DNA of 64,000 bases from assembly GCA_002269645.1 (NCBI GenBank), contig NIVC01001353.1, positions 62,001 through 126,000 of the forward strand. The letters are read 5' to 3'. The notes beneath the pieces were generated by a model, which ran no database searches, was not told the DNA's origin, and saw nothing but the letters and a program-made list of their open reading frames with translations. The stretch's first letter is position 1. Every line of letters begins with the position of its first letter. This document shows, one piece after another, positions 35,117-48,790 of the stretch. Source of the DNA: Macrostomum lignano. Its lineage: Eukaryota. The translations under genes and the position numbers were made by a program.

Positions 35117-37811
35117 TCACAGCTGGCAGCCGACGTGCAGCACGGAGAAGGGCAGCGGAGCGGAGCCAGCAGCGCCCGCCCGCGCCACGCCGACCTGGTG
35201 GCAGGCGGCCCGGTAGAACAGCAGCTCGCCGGGCCGCAGGGGCACCGCGCGCACCCCGGCGGGACAGCCGCAGCCGGGCCGCGGGCTCAGCGTCACGACA
35301 ACCGGCTCACCGTCCAGCAAGGTCAGGTGCACGTTCTGCATCTCGCGAGGCAGGCGAAGCGGCGCCTCCCGGCCGGCCGGCCAGCCGGAGCCCAGGAAGA
35401 CCAGCTGGCGCAGCAGGCCGATCTCCATCTCCGCGGCGACGAAGGCCGGCCGCGGCACCAGGCGGCGGAGCTGGCGGACCGCCTCGACGTGCATGACGCG
35501 CCAGGCGATGGCGGCTCCGGCCGGCGGACCGGACGGATCGGCGAAAAGCTCGGACAGACCGCCGGACACAACCAGGTCAGCGTAGTCGTGGCCGTCAGCC
35601 AGCCGACTGACCCAGTTGTAGCCGGTGGACTCGATGCTGGCGCGGTGAGTCAGGTACACCTTGCGGAGCTCCGCGTAGCTGACCGCGACGCCACCGTTGG
35701 TCAGCACGAACGGCTTCGGCTGCGGCCGCGACGCCACGGTGCGGTAGTTGGCCACGGCGGCCGTCAGGTTGCGCAGCCGCGACTGCCGGACCTCGAAGCT
35801 GCACAGGCAGCAGGACTCGGCGCCTGGGGGCAGTGCAGACAGGAGGCGCTTCTGAACAGTATGATTGGCAAAGTCGACCAAATGACGATCAAAATTACAC
35901 GTCACCAACACCAAGACAGTCATCGAAATAGCAAATCATCACAATCTCGCCACTTATCATGGCACCAACAACCCGTCACCACAATGACCCGTCACCACAA
36001 TGACCCGTCACCACAATGACCCGTCACCACAATGACCCGTCACCACAATGACCCGTCACCACAATGACCCGTCACCACAATGACCCGTCACCACAATGAC
36101 CCGTCACCACAATGACCCGTCACCACAATGACCCGTCACCACAATGACCCGTCACCACAATGACCCGTCACCACAATGACCCGTCACCAAAATGACCCGT
36201 CACCACAATGACCCGTCACCACAATGACCCGTCACCACAATGACCCGTCACCACAATGACCCGTCACCACAATGACCCGTCACCAAAATGACCCGTCACC
36301 ACAATGACCCGTCACCACAATGACCCGTCACCTCAATGACCCGTCACCACAATGACCCGTCACCACAATGACCCGTCACCACAATGACCCGTCACCACAA
36401 TGACCCGTCACCACAATGACCCGTCACCACAATGACCCGTCACCACAATGACCCGTCACCACAATGACCCGTCACCACAATGACCCGTCACCACAATGAC
36501 CCGTCACCACAATGACCCGTCACCACAATGACCCGTCACCACAATGACCCGTCACCACAATGACCCGTCACCACAATGACCCGTCACCACAATGACCCGT
36601 CACCACAATGACCCGTCACCACAATGACCCGTCACCACAATGACCCGTCACCACAATGACCCGTCACCACAATGACCCGTCACCACAATGACCCGTCACC
36701 ACAATGACCCGTCACCACAATGACCCATCACCACAATGACCCGTCACCACAATGACCCGTCACCACAATGACCCGTCACCACAATGACCCGTCACCACAA
36801 TGACCCGTCACCACAATGACCCGTCACCACAATGACCCGTCACCACAATGACCCGTCACCACAATGACTCGTCACCACAATGACCCGTCACCACAATGAC
36901 CCGTCACCACAATGACCCGTCACCACAATGACCCGTCACCACAATGACCCGTCACCACAATGACCCGTCACCACAATGACCCGTCACCACAATGACCCGT
37001 CACCACAATGACCCGTCACCACAATGACCCGTCACCACAATGACCCGTCACCACAATGACCCGTCACCACAATGACCCGTCACCACAATGACCCGTCACC
37101 ACAATGACCCGTCACCACAATGACCCGTCACCACAATGACCCGTCACCACAATGACCCGTCACCACAATGACCCGTCACCACAATGACCCGTCACCACAA
37201 TGACCCGTCACCACAATGACCCGTCACCACAATGACCCGTCACCACAATGACCCGTCACCACAATGACCCGTCACCACAATGACCCGTCACCACAATGAC
37301 TCGTCACCACAATGACCCGTCACCACAATGACCCGTCACCACAATGACCCGTCACCACAATGACCCGTCACCATTGCGCACCGCTCTGGTTGGGCGCCGC
37401 GGCGCCCCAGTCAGGCAGCGGCGCGGGCAGCAGGCAGGGGGCCTCCGTGACCGCGGCATCCTGCAGGTAGCGCAGCCTGTGGAGCCCCAGCGCTACGGAG
37501 ACGCGGCGCAGGTGGAAGCTGGCGGTCAGGACGGCGTCCTCCAGGCCGCCGGTCTGTCGCAGGTGGTACCGAGCGCTGGCCACGCCGGCCACCAGCAGCG
37601 CCAGCAGGAGGCTGACGCGTAGCAGGCCAATGGCGCAGACTCGTGGCAATTCGCGCGCTCTTCTGCGCGCTTGAAACAGGCGCCAGCTGAGTCGGCGCCG
37701 GCTGAGCACGCAGGCCTCGGCGTAGGCCCACCATGCCCGATCGTCAGTGGCAGGCAGGACGTCCGGATTGTCCTTGAGCAGCTGCGAGAGCCGGCGGTCA
37801 AGCGACTCCAT
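35117..37811 (-). CDS. Type-II membrane protein with C-terminal cupin-like region, C6orf89/BRAP-like (~378 aa); exons 37811-37382 and 35823-35117
   Basis: Single N-proximal TM (IGLLRVSLLLALLVAGVASA). CCLC after a phase-1 intron (AGCG|gtgcgc ... ctgcccccag|GC). C-terminal VVVTLSPRPGCGC...VPLRPGELLFY resembles C6orf89 QLIPPFQCRRHC...IEPGDIGYV. Family assignment from memory. Confidence 0.6.
35972..37372. repeat. 16-bp intronic minisatellite (CACCACAATGACCCGT), ~87 near-perfect units
   Basis: Fills almost the whole intron, starting within ~10 nt of the donor. Confidence 0.97.
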
Positions 37812-38084
37812 GACGAGCGGCAGGTGCAATGAGCAGTTCAGCTCTTCTTTTCCTTTCTATGGGTGCTTTATAGGCGGCCTCGGCTCTCGTCTGAGTCCGG
37901 TTAAGGAGAGTTCTTATCGGATCGCCCACCTGCCTGCCGCTCTTATCTCTGGCTCACTGCCTTCCTGCTGAGCCGAATTTCCGCACTTGGCGGCTTCTGG
38001 CGCTTTCTTACCAGACTACTCACGTGAGTAGATTAGTTAGAATTATACGCTTTTTTAACTCAGGAAAACTGAGGAAGCTGAAAT

Positions 38085-39815
38085 CTAGACAGAAATGAAA
38101 TTTGAAACGCAGACTAAGAAGGAGACGGAGATTCAGATTGAGAAGGAGACTGAGATGCAGGCTGAGAAGGAGACTGAGATGCAGGCTGAGAAGGAGACTC
38201 AGATGCGGACTGTGAAGGAGACTGAGATGCAGACTAAGAAGGAGACTGAGATGCGGACTGGGAAGGAGACTCAGATTCAGACTGAGAAGAGTCTCTGCAC
38301 ATTCGTACCAGACTACTGACTGGAGTAGAGTAGTTATAAAAAGACGCGTTTTTGATGCTGAAGCAGCTAGCAGATAAAAGAGCAATTTGGCAGGCAAGTG
38401 CTGCTCAAATGCGCAATTGAAAATTGAAAAAAAAGCCCGACAATGATTATAACAAAGGCCTCAGCGAGGCTGCTTGATGTTGAGCAGCAGAGATTGGGCA
38501 ATTGCAGACTCAAACCAGAAATTCCGTCACAATGAGATTACTCGGGCTGCCATTGAAGACATCGCGTGACTCCGCGCAGCGGATCTACTTTGCGGCACGG
38601 CTGGCGGGGGAATTAGTCTGAGTAGGGGATTAGCAGGATTAGCCGGAGGTATTTGAGCATTATTGCACAAATGGCGCTGAGGAGGCTGGGGGAGTGGCTG
38701 AGTTGAACTCTTCATGTGCTCAGGGAAGGCAGCTGTCTCTCTTCCTTCCGATGCCGAAGATCCGCTTGAACAGGCGACGGGCCCGGGTTCGCCCTCCGGG
38801 GCCGCGGCAGCTGAGCTAATTCAATTATTGCCGCAGGCGGGCGGGAAGTGAAAGAAATCTGAGCGGCAGAGCGAGGGCGAGGCTGCTGAGCTGCTCAAGT
38901 GAGAAGCGGATAAGTGTAGGTGGGCTGGAGGGGGAGACGGCTAAGATGAAGATTGCAAGTAAATTGAGGCGCAGGCAGAAGCCCAGGAGGCTGAGAAAGG
39001 CATCAGGAGGGAGACTGAGAAGGAGACTAGGGAGACTGAGGAGACTAGGGAGACTGAGAAGGAGACTAGGGAGACTGAGGAGACTAGGGAGACTGAGAAG
39101 GAGACTAGGGAGACTGAGAAGGAGACTAGGGAGACTGAGAAGGAGACTAGGGAGACTGAGAAGGAGACTAGGGAGACTGAGAAGGAGACTAGGGAGACTG
39201 AGAAGGAGACTAGGGAGACTGAGAAGGAGACTAGGGAGACTGAGAAGGAGACTAGGGAGACTGAGAAGGAGACTGAGAAGGAGACTGAGAAGGAGACTAG
39301 GGAGACTGAGAAGACTAGGGAGACTGAGAAGGAGACTAGGGAGACTGAGAAGGAGACTAGGGAGACTGAGAAGGAGACTAGGGAGACTGAGAAGGAGACT
39401 AGGGAGACTGAGAAGGAGACTAGGGAGACTGAGAAGGAGACTATAGGGAGACTGAGAAGGAGACTAGGGAGACTGAGAAGGAGACTAGGGAGACTGAGAA
39501 GGAGACTATAGGGAGACTGAGAAGACTAGGGAGACTGAGAAGGAGACTAGGGAGACTGAGAAGACTAGGGAGACTGAGAAGGAGACTAGGGAGACTGAGA
39601 AGACTAGGGAGACTGAGAAGGAGACTAGGGAGACTGAGAAGGAGACTATAGGGAGACTGAGAAGACTAGGGAGACTGAGAAGGAGACTAGGGAGACTGAG
39701 AAGGAGACTAGGGAGACTGAGAAGGAGACTAGGGAGACTGAGAAGGAGACTAGGGAGACTGAGAAGGAGACTAGGGAGACTGAGAAGGAGACTGGGAAGG
39801 AGACTGAGAAGACTG
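38085..39815. repeat. 24-bp (38085-38290) and 21-bp GGAGACTAGGGAGACTGAGAA (39008-39815) purine-rich minisatellites
   Basis: Direct periodicity; both share the GAAGGAGACT core. Confidence 0.9.
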
Positions 39816-40239
39816 AGACTCTGGACTGAGCAACGGCCCCCTGCATCCGCACTTGGCACAGCAAAGCCCTGAAGCCATTGTCCCGACAAGCAGCCGGTCC
39901 CCAGGCAATCCAGCCGCCTCCCACGCACTAAAAATGCCAAGTGCGCATCGCAAGGCGGCAGGCTCTCCTGATGCAGAAAATTATTAGTGAAAAACTGAAT
40001 TCCGAGCACGGCATGATCGGATCAAGCGAGGCGGATTTGAGCAGATTTCCAAATATGAGAAGACGATTTCTGAGTAGGCTTTCGAATCCCAACTGCTCAG
40101 AATTGTCGAGCAGTTTGATGAGGCGGCAGCCAGCCTCCCATTCGCTGCAGCGGAGTCTGGGCAGGCCTCTATTTAAGCACCCGACCTCAATGTGCCGGGG
40201 AGGCTGCGCGGCGAGCCACAACAATATTCAGCGGTCAGC

Positions 40240-40389
40240 ATGAGCGGCCAGCGCCTGTTTCAGCTGCCCTCCTCAGGCCAGGCGGTCGTGTTCGCCTCCA
40301 ACATCCGCCGCAGCGTCACCGACATCGGCGACTCCGTAGTCGGCTTTCTGAATCGCATCGGCCGGGGCGACGAGTTTCCTGGGGGACTG
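40240..40389 (+). CDS. Putative first coding exon (MSGQRLFQLPSSGQAVVFASNIRRSVTDIGDSVVGFLNRIGRGDEFPGGL); may splice to 41886/41901 and/or to the PKA-R-like exon at 43074
   Basis: ATG in GC3-biased sequence; GTGAGC donor at 40390 in phase 0, immediately followed by a minisatellite. Downstream partner unresolved. Confidence 0.5.
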
Positions 40390-40402
40390 GTGAGCGGCTG
40401 GA

Positions 40403-40692
40403 ACTGGGACTTGGGGACTGGGACTTGGGGACTGGGACTTGGGGACTGGGACTTGGGGACTGGGACTTGGGGACTGGGACTTGGGGACTGGGACTTGGGG
40501 ACTGGGACTTGGGGACTGGGACTTGGGGACTGGGACTTGGGGACTGGGACTTGGGGACTGGGACTTGGGGACTGGGACTTGGGGGCTGGGACTTGGGGAC
40601 TGGGACTTGGGGACTGGGACTTGGGGACTGGGACTTGGGGACTGGGACTTGGGGGCTGGGACTTGGGGACTGGGACTTGGAGACTGGGACTC
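40403..40692 (+). repeat. 14-bp G-rich minisatellite (GGGACTTGGGGACT)
   Basis: Direct periodicity; mirrors the exon end GGGGGACTG. Confidence 0.95.
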
Positions 40693-41049
40693 GTAGTGGC
40701 ACACAAGGCCTTGAAAGTAAAATTATTAAAGATGGGGCAGGCTGCATTGCTGATTAGAGCAGAAAAGCTGCCCGCCTCATCAGCGGAGGCGAGAGTCCCG
40801 CACCGCAGCTCGTGGGTGGGCAGATAGCGACTGTATTTTTAGCCGCCTTTTTGCCTTCTTCAGTTCTTTTTTTTCAAGAAGGGAAAATAGACTTGTGATA
40901 GGCTGAAACACTGATTTAGATATTAGTCTCTTCATGAAAGTTATATGACTGTTTTGAAAGTAAAAAAATAAGCTAAATCATTTTGCTGCACTAGTACAGA
41001 TGATCCTTAAGATGCTGAGATGCTGAGCTTGATGCTCAGCTTGCTATGA

Positions 41050-41885
41050 TCGATCTGAGTTGGTCCTTCAGTAAGATTCATGACCGATCTGAGTTGGTCA
41101 TTCAGTAAAATTCATGACCGATCTGAGTTGGTCATTCAGTGAGATTCATGACCGATCTGAGTTGGTCATTCAGTAAAATTCATGACCGATCTGAGTTGGT
41201 CATTCAGTAAGATTCATGACCGATCTGAGTTGGTCATTCAGTAAGATTCATGACCGATCTCAATTGGTCATTCAGTAAGATTCATGACCGATCTGAGTTG
41301 GTCATTCAGTGAGATTCATGACCGATCTGAATTGGTCATTCAGTAAGATTCATGACCGATCTGAGTTGGTCATTCAGTAAGATTCATGACCGATCTGAGT
41401 TGGTCATTCAGTAAGATTCATGACCGATCTGAGTTGGTCATTCAGTAAGATTCATGACCGATCTGAGTTGGTCATTCAGTAAGATTCATGACCGATCTGA
41501 GTTGGTCATTCAGCAAGATTCATGACCGATCTGAGTTGGTCATTCAGTAGATTCATGACCGATCTGAGTTGGTCATTCAGTAAGATTCATGACCGATCTG
41601 AGTTGGTCATTCAGCAAGATTCATGACCGATCTGAGTTGGTCATTCAGTAGATTCATGACCGATCTGAGTTGGTCATTCAGTAAGATTCATGACCGATCT
41701 GAGTTGGTCATTCAGTAAGATTCATGACCGATCTGAGTTGGTCATTCAGTAAGATTCATGACCGATCTGAGTTGGTCATTCAGTAAGATTCATGACCGAT
41801 CTGAGTTGGTCATTCAGCAAGATTCATGACCGATCTGAGTTGGTCATTCAGTAAGATTCATGACCGATCTGAGTTGGTCATTCAG
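41050..41885 (+). repeat. 34-bp minisatellite (TAAGATTCATGACCGATCTGAGTTGGTCATTCAG), ~24 units
   Basis: Direct periodicity; the last unit ends in CATTCAG at 41885, before coding-like sequence. Confidence 0.95.
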
Positions 41886-42344
41886 AACTTTTATGAGTAG
41901 TTCGAGTCGGTGATTGAGTTGGCAGTTGAGAGCCAGCTGAACTCAGACCTGCTGACCCAATGCAACTCGCTAATCGGTGGACAAACAGCTCCAGTGCCGG
42001 GGCAGCGATGCAATCGGCACGATCAAAACTCGCTTAGCCGTAGCTCGCATAAACATTGATTTGGCGGGCAGATTAAGGACGTGGGAGGAGCGAGGTGGCT
42101 GCTCACATCCGCATGGGAAATGAGGATGAGCTTTTTTATCGGCTGTGCGGGGCTGCTCCGCTAATTGAGCTGCCTGCCAGCTTCATCAGGTACTGCGTCT
42201 GAGACCCTTCTCTGGCTACCTTAGCATCTCAGCCTCTACCTGATTACCCCTGCATCTGCTCTCCTTTCTTCCCATTCTCACTCATTCTCTCACATGGTCT
42301 TCTTCCTTTTTTACCTTTGAGATATCTCTATCTCATGCTTTCTG

Positions 42345-42482
42345 ATCCCCTCCCTTCTCCTTCCCTCCTTTCTCATTCCCTCCCTTCTCATTCCCTCCCT
42401 TCTCATTCCCTCCCTTCTCATTCCCTCCCTTCTCATTCCCTCCCTTCTCATTCCCTCCCTTCTCATTCCCTCCCTTCTCAGT
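42345..42482. repeat. 15-bp pyrimidine repeat (TTCCCTCCCTTCTCA)
   Basis: Direct periodicity. Confidence 0.9.
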
Positions 42483-43073
42483 TCCCCAACTCCCTCCTTT
42501 GCGGCCTCTCTGGCTACACTCTCCATCATCAGTCAGTCCCAGACTCTCCTGTCTTCCATCCCGTCTGCCCCCCCCCCCATTTTTTCTGTTTCCGACCAGC
42601 CTTCAAGCAGTTCCGGTTCTGCTGCAAGATATTGTTTCCCTGTCAGCAGCAGTAATCGGCTGCAACATAAAAAATATAGAAATATAACTGGGGATTCGAT
42701 TCGCTAGCACTGAAAGTTAAGCAGAAGCTGGTTGGGGTTAGCTCGCAGGTACGCAGATGGGTAATAAATCTGTGTGAGCCCTCAGACGCGGCCACAGTTG
42801 GACCAAGGGTGATGAATGGCGGAGCACCTGAGCTTTTAATTATGGTGGAAATTAAAACTTCTAGACGGAGTTAGAGGGTGTTGCTCTGAGTATACGATTG
42901 CCATTGATCGGAAACTGGAAGGCCGCAAAAGTACAGCATCTTTACACACGCACTTTTCATGGAAATATTTCGCATGGGATTTTGATAGGAGTTGGGAACT
43001 TTCTGAAAGGAAGAATTTCAAATTCAAACACTTGGGAACCCCAAAAAAAGAAGCCACCGCCCGCCTCCCGCAG

Positions 43074-45942
43074 CCGTACCACCCGAAGGCCAAAGAGGAG
43101 CGCGAGCAGCTGCGGGACAGCCTGAAGCAGGTCGCCTTCCTGCAGGACCTGGACGAGGAGGATCTGCGACGAGTGGTGGACGCCATGTTCGAGAGGCGCG
43201 TGCAGCCGAGTGAGATTGGGGTAGAGTGACAGTTTTAGAGTGACAGGGTTAGAGGGACAGGGTTAGAGGGACAGGGTTAGAGGGACAGGGTTAGAGTGAT
43301 AGGGTTAGACTGACAGAGGAGTGACAGGGTAGGAGTGACAGGGGAGGAGTGACAGGGGAGTGACAGGGACAAAATGACCAGTGGGGTTAGAGTGACAGTG
43401 GAGGAGTGACAGTGGAGGAGTCACAGAGTTAAAGTGACAGTATGGAGTGACAGGGTTGGAGTGACAGCAGACGGAGGGGCAGCCCCCAGCAGTGAAAAGA
43501 ACCGGAGAGCACTACTGGCTGGCTAGTAAAAGTGAGGCAAGGCGACGAACTGGGAATCGATCTGCTCGGTTTTGAGAAAGAAACGAGGTGGCCACTTTGA
43601 ATCCGCGACCCCCCGCCGCCCCCCCCCCCTAAACAGGCGAAATAATTGCGCTGCGGCAGCTCGAGGATCCCCAGAAGACAGTGAAATCCCAAATCTCTGG
43701 CCTCAGAAATCTCGGAAATCGATGCGGGCAGGCGGCCAGCGGGCAGGCGGGGTCACCAGGCGACCAGGGGATTAGTAGTTCGAATCCGCTTTGGAAAAGA
43801 GGGCGGCGACAGTCTCGCTCTTCTTCAGGAAAAAACTTGGATTCGAAAATCCAACACGCAGCCAGAGCTCCGGGCTCGGCTCTTTCAATAATCCCTACTA
43901 GGAATGGGGCGGGGGGGGGGGTAATTGCTGCTCATAAATTGATCAGCTCGACCAGCTCAACCACCGAATCTCAGAAAACTTGCAGCCGACTTGGGCCCGG
44001 TTTGGTGAAGATTCCAATTATCCATGATCGGAGATCTGTGTGGTTTTTACATGCCCGCATTAACTGCACATGAAACCAAAATAAACTGCACATGAAACCA
44101 ACTCAAACTGCGCATGAAACCAAAATAAACTGCACATGAAGTTAACAAATTGCACATGAAACCAACACAAACAGGACATGAAACCAACTCAAACAGCACA
44201 TGAAACCAACACAAACTGGACATGAAACCAACACAAACAGCACATGAAACCAACTCAAACAGCCAGTGCATGAAACCAACAAACTGCACATGAATCCAAC
44301 ACAAACAGCACATGAAACCAACACAAACAGCACATGAAACCAACACAAACTGCACATGAAACCAACACAAACTGGACATGAAAGCAACACAAACAGCACA
44401 TGAAACCAACACAAACAGCACATGAAACCAACACAAACAGCACATGAAACCAACACAAACAGCACATGAAAGCAACACAAACAGGACATGAAACCAACAC
44501 AAACAGCACATGAATCCAACACAAACTGCACATAAAACTCCCTCTCCTCCCCGAAACCCTTCAGACGAGATGGTCATCCGTCAGGGCGAAGACGGCGACA
44601 ATTTCTACGTGATCCGCAGCGGCTGCTACCAGGTGATCATCGAAGCCACCCAGGCTGACGGCGAGGTTCGAATTGTGCACCAGTTTAGGGACAGCGGCAG
44701 CTTCGGCGAGCTCGCCCTGCTGCACAACCAGCCCCGGTCCGCCACCGTCAAGGCGATCTCGCCAGGCGCCCTCTGGGCCATGGACAGGCGCGCTTTCCGC
44801 GCCATCGTCCTGCCGGCCGAGCAGCGGCGGAGGCGCGAATTCGCCGAACTACTGGAGGGCGCGCCGTCTCTGGCCGGCCTGATGGACGAGGAGCTTCGGC
44901 TGGCTGCTGAGGCGCTGCGACCGCGGAGCTTCGGCCACCAGCAGGTGAGGGGTCTGTGGGGTGAGGGGTCTGTGGAGTGAGGGGTCTGTGGGGTGACAGG
45001 TCTGTGGAGTGAGGGGTCTGTGGGGTGACAGGTCTGTGGAGTGAGGGGTCTGTGGGGTGAGGGGTCTGTGGAGTGAGGGGTCTGTGGGGTGAGGGGTCTG
45101 TGGGGTGACAGGTCTGTGGAGTGAGGGGTCTGTGGGGTGAGGGGTCTGTGGAGTGAGGGGTCTGTGGGGTGAGGGGTCTGTGGAGTGAGGGGTCTGTGGG
45201 GTGAGGGGTCTGTGGGGTGACAGGTCTGTGGAGTGAGGGGTCTGTGGGGTGACAGGTCTGTGGAGTGAGGGGTTAGTGGAGTGAGGGGTCTGTGGGGTGA
45301 GGGGTTTTTGGGGTGAGGGTTCTGTGGGGTGAGGGGTCTGTGGAGTGAGGGGTTTTTGGGGTGAGGCTTCTGTGGAGTGAGGGGTTAGTGGAGTGAGGGG
45401 TCTGTGGGGTGAGGGGTCTGTGGGGTGAGGGGTCTGTGGAGTGAGGGGTCTGTGGGGTGACGGGTCTGTGGGGTGAGGGGTCTGTGGGGTAGGGGGTCTG
45501 TGGAGTGAGGGGTCTGTGGAGTGAGGGGTCTGTGGATGAGGGGTCTGTGGGGTGAGGGGTCAGTGGAGTGAGGGTTCTGTAGGGCAGTACGTCCATTATT
45601 TTCGAGGTGCTGACTTCAGTTGAGCTTCAGTCAGACGCAGTGGATCCGACTCCACCACCCCAGGTGATCATAGAGGAAGGCGACGAGGCGGACGGCATGT
45701 ACTTCGTGTTGGAGGGCGAGGCGGTGGTGACCCGGTCCGGCCGCGAGGTGGCCCGGGTGCCCCGCGGCGGCTACTTCGGCGAGGCCGCGCTGCTGGAGGG
45801 TCGGCGGCGCACGGCCTCTGTGGTGGCGGCCGCGGCTGCGCCGGACGGGCGGGTGCGGACGGCCTTCCTGCCCAGGGAGGCGTTCGGCCTGTTGGCTCCC
45901 TGCCACGGACTGCTGCGGAGATCCATGGCGGCCTATGTGTAG
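43074..45942 (+). CDS. PRKAR2: cAMP-dependent protein kinase type-II regulatory subunit-like (two CNB domains); exons 43074-43209, 44565-44944, 45664-45942; 5' exon(s) uncertain
   Basis: YHPK.KEERE.L...L....F..DLD..DL..VVDAMFER; VIRQGEDGDNFYVI; GSFGELALLHNQPRSATV; LWAMDRRAFRAIV; II.EGDEADGMYFV.EG; GYFGEAALL..RRRTASV; LLAPC..LLRRSMAAY. Phases 1 and 0 are consistent. The symbol denotes family, not proven orthology. Confidence 0.85.
43225..45580 (+). repeat. Intronic minisatellites of the PKA-R-like gene: 15-bp (43225-43460), 22-bp ACATGAAACCAACACAAACAGC (44065-44532), 16-bp GTGAGGGGTCTGTGG(G/A) (44945-45580)
   Basis: Direct periodicity; the 16-bp array starts exactly at the donor GT at 44945. 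Confidence 0.95.
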
Positions 45943-46003
45943 GCGGCGGCCCGATGCCACCCCCAACCCCCCAAATAGGGCTGTGCTCCTCCAACCATAT
46001 CGA

Positions 46004-46595
46004 CTGATAGATTGATTGATTGAGCTATTGATTTATTGATTGATGGATTGATTGATTGATTAATTGATTGAGTTATGATTAATTGATTGAGCTATTGATT
46101 GATTGATTGATTGAGTTATTGATTGATTGATTAATTGATTGAGCTATTGATTGATTGATCTATTGATTGATTGATTGACTGATTGATTGATTCTCGAAGC
46201 CGATCAAATCAGCTGATGGATTTGAGCTTTCGCGCACCGGTATTGTAGATAATTCCAGATAAAGAAATTTTTTCACGATTAGCAAATCAGTGACTGTCTC
46301 ATATCGTGCAATAGGTTTTCGCGCCCAGCCGCATCATCACCCGCTGTGTCAGGGCTTCACTTAATAGATATTCAATGCAACGAGTCTGTTTAGGTTTTGC
46401 TTCTACCGTGGAATAATAAAAAATCTGCTTTGAAAAATTATTTCTGTGATCTGTCACACAGGTAGCAGACAGCAACAGGTGATCTGTCACACAGGTAGCA
46501 GACAGCATCAGGTGATCTGTCACACAGGTAGCAGACAGCATCAGGTGATCTGTCACACAGGTAGCAGACAACATCAGGTGATCTGTCACACAGGT
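46004..46595. repeat. (GATT)n microsatellite (46004-46192) and 33-bp minisatellite (46446-46595)
   Basis: Direct periodicity. Confidence 0.9.
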
Positions 46596-47699
46596 CAGCA
46601 CTTATCACCCATGACGTCAAAGCACTATAGGTACGGAAATCGAGAGCCGCTCAGCTCATGTGTTATCTGCGGCAGTCTAAAGTGCTGATTCAATCATTTC
46701 TCCTCAGAGGCAACACCGCTAGGAGCCATAAAAGAAACTGACTCACACCGGAGAGAAACGCCTCCATATTTCACCTGTCGCCTCTTTGCGCTTGGACGTG
46801 GGTCGCACCCAGAAGTCGCACTGAAAAGTGCAACTGCAGCAGCCAGAGTGAGGCTCTCTAATACCCATTGTTAACGCCTTGTTGAGCCTAAAGGGGCTTC
46901 TCAAGCCCGGATTCGCTCCGCCAGCCCAGCCCCACGAGCCCCTTGAGGCTTCATCAGTGCCGCTTGGCTTGGCACCGCCCGGCAGCAGATGGCCGCCGCT
47001 CCGACCTGCTCAGCCGTGCAGCTGCCGAAGTGATGACGAGCCGCGGCAGCTCGGCACGTGGCGATCGCAGCCGTGACGAATGGAATTAAAAATGAGAGCG
47101 GCTGCGGCTGCTGTGAGAAGCGCTGCGTGGCTCACGAGAGTTCCCCCCCCCCCTAGCCGGCCGGAGTCTCAAAGGCGGAGCCGAAGTCCCAGTGATAACG
47201 CGATTATGAATTTTTCAGTTTCTAGGGCCGCCCGAGCCTTCCCCACCCTCGCCTCGGGATGCTTCGAGCCTCTCAGTTGATCGAACGGTCCATTAGCAAC
47301 TGGCCGAATTTTTAACTCTCGCTGAGCAGTCAAACAGGACAAGAGGGAATGGGGATCGCTCGGTTTTGAAATCCCTTCTTTCTCTGCGGCTGAGGGCCGC
47401 GACGCACTTCCCTGCAGCTCTTGTGGAAAGGCGATTTCTACAGAGGGCAGGCGGGCTCGGCCTGTCAGTCCAGATTGAGGCAGGCAGCGGCCCCGTGCAC
47501 TTTTCCAGCCGCGTGTGGCAAATCCGGCCGATTTTTGCCGGTTTCCAAATCGGGAGATGCAGCCGGAATGAGCAGCTGGGGATGCCGCCAACTGCTGTGC
47601 GCACGGCTGGCGTGCATTCTGTAGGGCGCATCCGATTTTACAGACCGACTGCCTGCCCAATCATGTTGCAGGCCCGTGCTGCCCACCTGTCTGTTTGTC

Positions 47700-48790
<1,091 letters not shown>

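Noticed and set aside
39820-40243. 100-aa ORF and a parallel protein-like frame with internal stops
   Set aside because: Weak codon bias, multiple stops, no homology recognised; probably 5' flank or UTR.
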